A stretch of DNA of 64,000 nucleotides, from positions 36,296-100,295 of the forward strand of contig JBGPGO010000014.1 in NCBI GenBank assembly GCA_041483895.1, read 5' to 3'. A model generated the notes under the pieces. It had not been told where the DNA came from, ran no database searches, and saw only the letters and a program-made list of their open reading frames with translations. Numbering within the stretch: position 1 is the first letter of the stretch; the number at the start of each line of letters is the position of its first letter. This DNA comes from Fimbriimonadia bacterium. GTDB taxonomy: Bacteria > Armatimonadota > Fimbriimonadia > Fimbriimonadales > JABRVX01. A program made the position numbers and the translations under genes. Shown here piece by piece: positions 57,655 through 64,000 of the stretch.

Positions 57655-58899
57655 TTACCGATCTACCCGAAAGACGATGTCGCCCTTTTCTGTTTCAACA
57701 GGATTCTCAGATCTGGTCTTCATACCCATGTCGTCTATCCCATCGGGCCCAATTGAATAGATGGTGAAACCGTTCGAATCGATGCGATATCGAACTGTTC
57801 CGTTTGCCGCGAATGGATCCTCCGGAATCTGTTTCAAATAGGTTGGCATGAGGGAAGGCAGATTTGGAGGATAGGTCCCGTGGTCCGCGCGATAGGCTTG
57901 CACGGCCAATGCTACCTCCAGTAGAGCCCGCCTAGTTTCAGACAACCAATATGGATAGGAAGACAAATACTTGACCGCGCTCTTAGTAAATGGGTCCGCC
58001 GCCACCGGTGGAGTTATGCCAGCACCGTACCGAACTGAGGCGTATTTTCCGAACTGATCCATGTAGTCGACGTAGTTTTGCACCAAGCGCTTCTTGCCGA
58101 TTGAGTAGACATGTAGCTTCCGTCGAACGGCAGGAAACCAACCCTTCGGGGCGCCGCCCGCGTATCCAATAAACCAATCCGGCCAATTCTTTGAGTTCAT
58201 AAACCCTCTCATACGACGGATCTCCTGCCACTTGTCGACCCTGATTGATTCCGCTAGCTGCATTCTCTCGGCATCGAGTCGTTCCATCTTGCGCAGTAGC
58301 TCCTTGGCATTATCACCATCCAAATGGCCGACAACGTCTACAACCCCATCGAGAATGATGGCTTCACATGTAATCGAGTCCGACATTCCACCCCACCCAT
58401 CACCGATTCTGATGTCACGGGCCAGACGTAGACCGTCCGCCACGCTGCCTACCGCACCGCGCCAATCCCCCTCATTGCATCGCAATTTGCATTCTGTGCG
58501 AAGAACTCTTGCAAGATGGCGCATTTCACCGGTCCAGCCGAATTCTTGCGACCATCCGATCCCGCCATAACCATATCGGAATCCCTTTCGCATTTCGGCC
58601 AGCGCGGGAGAACACTCGCGGAATGCGGCAATCAACTCGCTCCGCGAAGGTGCGTACGGGCCGACACCTCCTGTCGCACCAACTCCATTTGGATCAATGT
58701 GGGCCAGTACGGACAGTGCCGAAAAATGCTTCTCAAGATAGCTGCCGGCCTTTATGTAAAAGTCCTTCGCGTTCGGTCTTGGCGGAGGTCCCTGTTTTGG
58801 CAAGGTTAGATCCGGTTCCATGTTGGCGTGGAACCAGAAAAGGGCGAAGAGGGCACCAAGAACACCAATGATTCCGAGGACGATGCGCCAACGATTCAC
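57655..58899 (-). CDS. Membrane-anchored protein with GspG-like C-terminal domain (copy G2)
   Basis: GTG start, NRWRIVLG, TM helix, PNAKDFY, AYRADHGTYPPNL..L.P.YL..IPEDPF, IYSIGPDGIDD. Confidence 0.8.
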   Translation of the reverse strand: MNRWRIVLGIIGVLGALFALFWFHANMEPDLTLPKQGPPPRPNAKDFYIKAGSYLEKHFSALSVLAHIDPNGVGATGGVGPYAPSRSELIAAFRECSPALAEMRKGFRYGYGGIGWSQEFGWTGEMRHLARVLRTECKLRCNEGDWRGAVGSVADGLRLARDIRIGDGWGGMSDSITCEAIILDGVVDVVGHLDGDNAKELLRKMERLDAERMQLAESIRVDKWQEIRRMRGFMNSKNWPDWFIGYAGGAPKGWFPAVRRKLHVYSIGKKRLVQNYVDYMDQFGKYASVRYGAGITPPVAADPFTKSAVKYLSSYPYWLSETRRALLEVALAVQAYRADHGTYPPNLPSLMPTYLKQIPEDPFAANGTVRYRIDSNGFTIYSIGPDGIDDMGMKTRSENPVETEKGDIVFRVDR

Positions 58900-58919
58900 G
58901 GTCCGCAGCCCTGCGTCAT
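58896..58919 (-). other. 7-codon mini-ORF MTQGCGP bridging the G1 stop and G2 start
   Basis: ATG 1 nt after TAA; its TGA overlaps the GTG of G2 (GTGA). Confidence 0.5.
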
Positions 58920-58920
58920 G

Positions 58921-60165
58921 TTATCGCCCCACCTGCAAAACAATGTCGCCCTTATCGTCCTCGCTGAATGCTTGTTTTACTGGCAGCGAACCCACCGCTC
59001 TAAGATCATCCCTACCGTCCGGGCCGACCGAACAGACGATGAAGCCTCGATCCATCTTCCTGAAATGGTAAGTACCGCCGTGCGCAAACGGATCCTCCGG
59101 CAGCTCCTTCATATACTCTGGGCACAAATCGTTCAGGTCAGACGGGTATGCGCCGTGGTCGCAATGATAGGCCTGGATCGCAAGCGCGATCTTGAGCAAA
59201 TCCTCGCGCGCAATTATATACCAATATCTGTAGCGAACGGATAGGTCGCGCAGTCCGTCCCTAATAGGATCAGCCGGTACCGGCGGCGGTGTGTTAACTC
59301 CATACTTTCGCTTGTCGAATTCGATTAATTGATCCATATACTCAATGAAGTTCTGCACCAATCTCCTCTTACCGACAACATACAGGTGAGCCTTTTGCAG
59401 TAGTTCGCCCGAAAGGCCATACGCCGTTCCAGTGCCCAGCTCGGCCATACGATCCGCCCAATCGTCGGCGGCAACGATCTGCTTTAACTCGAGTAGATGA
59501 GTCCACTTATCTTCCCGTACGATGTCCGACAGTGGCTTTTGACGCGCCTCCACATTCTCCAATTGATGCAATAACGTTCGTGCTTCGATGCCGTCCAGGT
59601 GTCCGATCCACTGGCTCACATCCAACAAGAGACGGAGTTGGCAGATGAATGACGAAAACACAATGACCGAATCAGGTTCATTGAGGACGTCCACCGAAAC
59701 GCGAAAGCCATCGATCACGGCATCCATAGACCCCTTCCAATCATGGTCGGTTGCGCTGATGCGAGCCTTGGCTAGCAAGAGAACGCTTACGTCACGCACG
59801 CTTCGACGGATCCCCTCATTACCTTGCAAGGCATCCTGCCGGGAACCAGCATAGTCGTAACGAAAACCTTGCTTCACTTTGTCAAGAGCGGGCAGACATT
59901 CCAACCCACCCTTCCTCAGTTGCTCGGTGGTCGGTGTGAACGCCTTTTCGGTTACGGGATCGATGCCTGCAAGGATGCTGGTAGCGGTTTTGTGGTTTTC
60001 AAGAAACTTCCCGGCCTCTTTATAATAATCCCTGGCGTTCGGGACAGGCGGTGGCGGTTCCGACGGAATTACGATCTCCGGCATCGAGTTGGCATGGAAC
60101 CAGAATAGCACGAAGATGGCACCAAAAACACCGACGATGCCGAGGACCACGCGCCAGCGTTTCAT
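58921..60165 (-). CDS. Membrane-anchored protein with GspG-like C-terminal domain (copy G1)
   Basis: MKRWRVVLG, TM helix, PNARDYY, AYHCDHGAYPSDLNDLCPEYMKELPEDPF, SVGPDGRDD. Confidence 0.8.
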   Translation of the reverse strand: MKRWRVVLGIVGVFGAIFVLFWFHANSMPEIVIPSEPPPPVPNARDYYKEAGKFLENHKTATSILAGIDPVTEKAFTPTTEQLRKGGLECLPALDKVKQGFRYDYAGSRQDALQGNEGIRRSVRDVSVLLLAKARISATDHDWKGSMDAVIDGFRVSVDVLNEPDSVIVFSSFICQLRLLLDVSQWIGHLDGIEARTLLHQLENVEARQKPLSDIVREDKWTHLLELKQIVAADDWADRMAELGTGTAYGLSGELLQKAHLYVVGKRRLVQNFIEYMDQLIEFDKRKYGVNTPPPVPADPIRDGLRDLSVRYRYWYIIAREDLLKIALAIQAYHCDHGAYPSDLNDLCPEYMKELPEDPFAHGGTYHFRKMDRGFIVCSVGPDGRDDLRAVGSLPVKQAFSEDDKGDIVLQVGR

Positions 60166-62126
60166 GTTTGGTCGTTGAGCAGCAGTTCCGCGATGTCCAC
60201 GATGTTGATCTCCTCATCCGGGCGGGCGGCCTTCACGCTGTCGCTGATCATGATTCGGCAGAACGGACATGCCACGGCGATCGTCTTTGCGCCGGTGGCC
60301 AGGAGCTGTTCCGCCCTTCGGATACCGGGGCGTTGGTTGGGCGGCTCCTCCATCCACATGCGCCCGCCGCCCGCGCCGCAACAGAGGGTACGCTCGCCCG
60401 ACTCGGCCGGTTGCAGCATGTCATGCAGCTTGCGCGGGGCGTCCACCTCTTTGTTGACGCGGGCCAGGTAGCAGGGATCGTGGAAGACGACGTCGGAAGA
60501 AACCCCCACCCCACCCCTCCCCCTTTCTCGTTCCTCGAAAGAGGGAGGGAGCTTCGTCAACTTCCCTTCCGATATCAGCTTCGCCAAGAACTGCGTGTGG
60601 TGCATCACGTCGTATAGACCGTCGAACTGGGGATATTCGTTCTTCATCGTGTTGAAACAGTGCGGACAGGCGGTCACTACCGTCTTCACCGCACGCTGGT
60701 TCATCGTCCCAATGTTCTTTTCTGCCATCTGCTGAAACAGGAACTCGTCCCCGATCCGCCGCGCGGGATCGCCGGTGCAGGTTTCGTCGTTCCCCAAGCA
60801 CGCAAATCGCACCCCGGCCTGCCGCATCAACTGCACCAACGCGCGGTTAGTCTTCTGCGCCCCCTTGTCCACCGCACCCGCGCACCCGACCCACAGCAGC
60901 ACATCGAACTCGGCACCGTTGCGCACAAGAGGCACGTCCAACCCTTCCATCCACGCCTCGCGATCGGTCGTTCCCCACGCCGATCCCGTCGAGGCGATCT
61001 GCCGCAGCACGTTGGCCCCGCTACCGGTCAATCGTCCCTCCGCAACCAGTGCGCGCCGGGCATCCACAATCAAATCCACATGCCGAATGTTGACCGGGCA
61101 CTCGCGCACGCAGGCGTTGCAGGTGGTGCAGGCCCACAGCGCCTCTTCCGTCATCGCCTCCGCGACCGGCTTCCCATCGCGCAACGCAATCCGCAGGTCT
61201 TGCACGATGCGTTTCGGGTCCAGCGACTTCCCAGCCCCGTGCGCCGGACACACGTCCGTGCAGCGGCCGCACTCCATACAAGCGTCCGCCGACGCAAGCT
61301 GCCAGGCGTTGTAATCGGTAGCCTCCGTCGCGCCGATCTTGCCGGTCCGCTCGACCTCCTCCAGCGAAATCGGCGCGAGAGCCCCCACCGGCCTGGGCGG
61401 CACGGAATAGGTGGAAAACATGGCGTAGATGATGTGCCGCAAATGCGTGAGCGGTATGGTGGCGAGGAATAGGAAGATAAGTCCGGCGTGCGTCCACCAG
61501 ATGGTCTGGTAGCCCGGCACTGTCATACCGCCGAGCATCACCGCCACGCCTTTCCCGACGGGGGAGAAAAGGTCCCACTCGTGCGGCTGCAACGCGATCC
61601 GCGCGCCTTCCAACAAGAATCCGGTGACGGTGATGATAAGCAACAAAAACAGAAGATAAGCATCCCCCGATTCGTTGCCCACGGAAGTTGGCCTGCGTAG
61701 ATACCGCCTGCCGATTGCCATCAGCAGACCGACAAGGAAAAAGGCACCGAAGACGTCGAGCGTGAACTCGTATGCCAGGAAATACGTCCCATAGTGGAAC
61801 TTCACCGGCGACCAGTGATTGATCGCCAAGAGCGTCGTGCCGATGAACAGAATGAGGAATCCGAAGAACAACATCAGGTGCATCGGCGCGCCATAGGACT
61901 TGCGCGATTGCCGCACTTTTCGTTGCCACAGAATTTCGGTCCAGATCGCCCGAATCCGCTCGCCGTTCGGCTTTACGCTCCATGATATCGGCCGCCCCCT
62001 ACGCCATTCCCGCCACCGCCGCCCGATGAAGAACGCCATGACGCCAATCGACAGAAAAGCCAAGGCGTAGAACAGCAACTGGCCTGTTGGGGAGACGTGG
62101 AAGAACTCCGGTCGGGTGGGCGTCAT
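60162..62126 (-). CDS. Membrane-bound Fe-S oxidoreductase (FadF/heterodisulfide reductase-related)
   Basis: N-terminal TM domain; CMECGRCTDVCP, CTTCNACVRECP; CCG domains (CPHC, HDPCYL, CCGAGGG, ACPFC). Confidence 0.93.
   Translation of the reverse strand: MTPTRPEFFHVSPTGQLLFYALAFLSIGVMAFFIGRRWREWRRGRPISWSVKPNGERIRAIWTEILWQRKVRQSRKSYGAPMHLMLFFGFLILFIGTTLLAINHWSPVKFHYGTYFLAYEFTLDVFGAFFLVGLLMAIGRRYLRRPTSVGNESGDAYLLFLLLIITVTGFLLEGARIALQPHEWDLFSPVGKGVAVMLGGMTVPGYQTIWWTHAGLIFLFLATIPLTHLRHIIYAMFSTYSVPPRPVGALAPISLEEVERTGKIGATEATDYNAWQLASADACMECGRCTDVCPAHGAGKSLDPKRIVQDLRIALRDGKPVAEAMTEEALWACTTCNACVRECPVNIRHVDLIVDARRALVAEGRLTGSGANVLRQIASTGSAWGTTDREAWMEGLDVPLVRNGAEFDVLLWVGCAGAVDKGAQKTNRALVQLMRQAGVRFACLGNDETCTGDPARRIGDEFLFQQMAEKNIGTMNQRAVKTVVTACPHCFNTMKNEYPQFDGLYDVMHHTQFLAKLISEGKLTKLPPSFEERERGRGGVGVSSDVVFHDPCYLARVNKEVDAPRKLHDMLQPAESGERTLCCGAGGGRMWMEEPPNQRPGIRRAEQLLATGAKTIAVACPFCRIMISDSVKAARPDEEINIVDIAELLLNDQT
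60502..60551. repeat. Family R2 element embedded in frame in the Fe-S oxidoreductase gene
   Basis: ACCCCCACCCCACCCCTCCCCCTTT...AAAGAGGGAGGG matches 13850-13928; encodes LPPSFEERERGRGGVGV. Confidence 0.7.
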
Positions 62127-62241
62127 CCGCACCAGGTTCGCAATTTGGGTTCACCAATCCTTCCCGCTAAGGGGTTTTTCCATATTTTCCTAGTTGACAT
62201 AGGAAGCTGCGTCGGGCATGCTTGGTGCATGAAATTTGATC

Positions 62242-62452
62242 GTGTTGGGGTCTGGGCTGGTTGGTGGTTGAGAGGGTTTGCCAGGCGAGGACCCCAACAC
62301 ATCGTCCAGAAATCCCCTCCCCCTTGCGAGGAACGAGTAAGGGGGAGGGTTAGGGTGGGGGTTGGATTCTTCGAAGCCCTCCCCTTTTTTCCCGCATGTC
62401 TATCTCTCTCGCCTGCCCGCAACCGAAAAAAGGGGGAGGGTTGGGCGGGGGT
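62242..62452. repeat. Composite repeat: one R1 element followed by two R2 elements
   Basis: R1 62242-62300; R2 62313-62362 and 62375-62452; same order as at 13571-13785. Confidence 0.85.
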
Positions 62453-63143
62453 TCTTTTCTTCGTCGCGCTCGCCGGATGCTCCCCGGCACCTCAGCCAAT
62501 CCGCATCGGCGCGGCATCCACCCTGCGCGATGTCCTCACACCCGTGGAACAGGAATTTGGAGGCAATGCCGTAACGATTACCTTCGCCGCCTCCGGCACC
62601 CTAACGCGGCAGATGGAAAACGGATCGCCGTACGACATACTGATTTTGGCCGACAAAACGATGGGGGAAGGGCTGCACAAAAAGGGCCTCGAAGGCGTGC
62701 CGCGCCCATGGATCAGCACGCCGCTCGCACTTTGGTCCATCTCCGGCATCACAAAATTGGTTGATCTGAAGGGCCCAGAAGTCAAGAAGATCGCCATCGC
62801 CAACCCCGAAACCGCGCCCGTCGGCAAACTTGCCGTCGCGGCGCTCAAGGATGCTGGCGTGTGGGATAGCATCCAGCCGAAGATTGTTTACGGCGCGAAT
62901 GCAGAGGCGGTGGCCGCGTACGCCAAGTCGGGCAATGTGGGCGCCGCTTTGGTCTCCCTATCGCTCGCCGTCTCCGCAACAAACGGCCAGAGCGTGCCCA
63001 TACCGAAATCACCGCCGATGAAGTTTTGGGTCCAGACAAATCCAAACGCGCGGGAGAACACGGGCCTCATCGTCGGCAATCTGTACAGCGAAAAGGTGAT
63101 TCACTCCGCCATCGACATGGGCTATTCGCGGATGACGCCGTAA
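62355..63143 (+). CDS. modA: Molybdate ABC transporter substrate-binding lipoprotein
   Basis: LAG-C lipobox, AASTL, FAASGTL..Q.ENG.P.D, IAIANPETAPVG. Start uncertain; GTG 62355 follows GGAGG inside the repeat. Confidence 0.85.
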   Translation: MGVGFFEALPFFPACLSLSPARNRKKGEGWAGVLFFVALAGCSPAPQPIRIGAASTLRDVLTPVEQEFGGNAVTITFAASGTLTRQMENGSPYDILILADKTMGEGLHKKGLEGVPRPWISTPLALWSISGITKLVDLKGPEVKKIAIANPETAPVGKLAVAALKDAGVWDSIQPKIVYGANAEAVAAYAKSGNVGAALVSLSLAVSATNGQSVPIPKSPPMKFWVQTNPNARENTGLIVGNLYSEKVIHSAIDMGYSRMTP

Positions 63144-63145
63144 CA

Positions 63146-63793
63146 GTGGATTGGACCGCCGTTCTTCTATCGCTTCGTGTCGCCACGGTCGCGACGCTCC
63201 TCAGCGCATCGATCGGCTTCGTTGTCGCGCACTTCCTCGCGCATCATCGATTTCCAGGGAAGGTATTTCTCGAATCAATTGTGCTGACTCCGCTGATCTT
63301 GCCGCCGACGGTGCTGGGCTACTTCCTGTTGGTCGTCTTGGGCCGGCATGGGCCGATTGGCGAGGCGTGGACGGCGCTGACGCACACGGAGCTGGTGTTC
63401 ACCTGGAAAGGTGCGGCGATTGCGGCGGCTGTGGCGGGTTCGCCGCTGTTCATCCGTCAGGCGCAAGTGGCGTTGGAAGCGGTGGACCCGGATCTGGAAT
63501 CGGCGGCGCGGTCGATTGGGGCGTCCGAGTGGCAGGTTCTCACTCGCGTATCCATTCCGCTGGCGCGGCGGGGGTTGGTGGCGGGAGTCATGCTCTGTTT
63601 TGCGCGTGCGCTGGGGGAGTTCGGGGCGACGTTGATGGTGGCGGGCAGCATCCCCGGCGAGACGCGCACCCTGCCCCTGTCGCTGTACGACGCGGTGCAA
63701 GCCGGCAACGACACCCTCGCCGCTGGTCTCTCCGTTCTCCTAGCCGCGATCGCTATCGCTGCCTCAATCGTTGCGACGAGGTTTGAAAAGTAG
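63146..63793 (+). CDS. modB: Molybdate ABC transporter permease
   Basis: LSLRVA, PLILPPTVLGYFLL, AARSIGAS, FARALGEFGATLMVAGSIPGETRTLP. Confidence 0.95.
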   Translation: MDWTAVLLSLRVATVATLLSASIGFVVAHFLAHHRFPGKVFLESIVLTPLILPPTVLGYFLLVVLGRHGPIGEAWTALTHTELVFTWKGAAIAAAVAGSPLFIRQAQVALEAVDPDLESAARSIGASEWQVLTRVSIPLARRGLVAGVMLCFARALGEFGATLMVAGSIPGETRTLPLSLYDAVQAGNDTLAAGLSVLLAAIAIAASIVATRFEK

Positions 63794-63814
63794 ACGCAAG
63801 CTTTAGCCTGCGTT
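63790..63814 (+). repeat. Short GTAG-type REP-like hairpin overlapping the modB stop
   Basis: GTAG-ACGCAAGCT-TT-AGCCTGCGT; resembles R3 ends (GTAGCCGCAGG...CCTGCG). Confidence 0.55.
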
Positions 63815-63825
63815 TGACGTCCCGG

Positions 63826-63849
63826 TTGATGATGCGATCGACAATGAAA
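63826..63849. repeat. Degenerate single arm of family R4
   Basis: TTGATGATGCGATCGACAATGAAA vs TTGACGATTCGATCGTCAATGAAA (21/24 identical). Confidence 0.7.
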
Positions 63850-63866
63850 TGCATGTTTTCCGCTGT

Positions 63867-64000
63867 AGATGCTGTCTTGATTTGTCAAGGGGAAAATAGC
63901 AATTTGTGGTCATAGGGTGTCTTTGTCTTCAGGACTGCCGCGATTGCGCTGGCGAGTTTGCGCATGACGGCGATGTTGACCTGCTTTTTTGCTTTGCCGG
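63867..64000 (-). mobile_element. Right end of a probable IS110-family insertion sequence (truncated by the window edge)
   Basis: Transposase-like C-terminus followed by CTTGACAAATCAAGACAGCATCT: an outward-facing TTGACA with 16 nt from it to a terminal CT. Confidence 0.75.
63885..64000 (-). CDS. C-terminal 37 aa of a probable IS110-family transposase/recombinase (partial)
   Basis: Hand translation: GKAKKQVNIAVMRKLASAIAAVLKTKTPYDHKLLFSP*, matching the GKxKK...A.MRKL......LK....YD tail typical of IS110 proteins. Confidence 0.75.
   Translation of the reverse strand, partial: GKAKKQVNIAVMRKLASAIAAVLKTKTPYDHKLLFSP

Overview
GC-rich bacterial chromosomal window. The many prepilin/H-X9-DG-type genes, PEP-CTERM and C-terminal dockerin-like exported proteins suggest Armatimonadota, but this is an inference. 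Most of the window is housekeeping or metabolic: corA, TerC, der, asnS, xylB, tRNA-Gly(CCC), greA, apgM, gpsA, dut, a bacterial Clp1-like kinase, DUF885, CocE/NonD, two Tat-exported Gfo/Idh/MocA oxidoreductases with ApbE, a cyclophilin-FKBP fusion, a CoA transferase, a D-Ala-D-Ala dipeptidase, LtrA, a FadF-like Fe-S oxidoreductase and modAB. Five things stand out. (1) An 8.4-kb array (17363-25801) holds seven intact and one frameshifted type IV pilin-like genes. They are mosaics of each other, are interleaved with four small single-TM partner genes, and include a ~1.9-kb tandem duplication with a conserved leader. (2) Three divergent GspG-like genes of exactly 414 aa repeat at an exact 1266-bp period, linked by 7-codon mini-ORFs that bridge each stop codon to the next start. 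(3) At least four families of short palindromic repeats occur, some inserted in frame into coding sequence. (4) The right end of a probable IS110-family element at the window edge sits beside a degenerate copy of a perfect palindrome found at 55562-55636. (5) Many genes look leaderless. All calls come from reading the sequence; no database searches were run.
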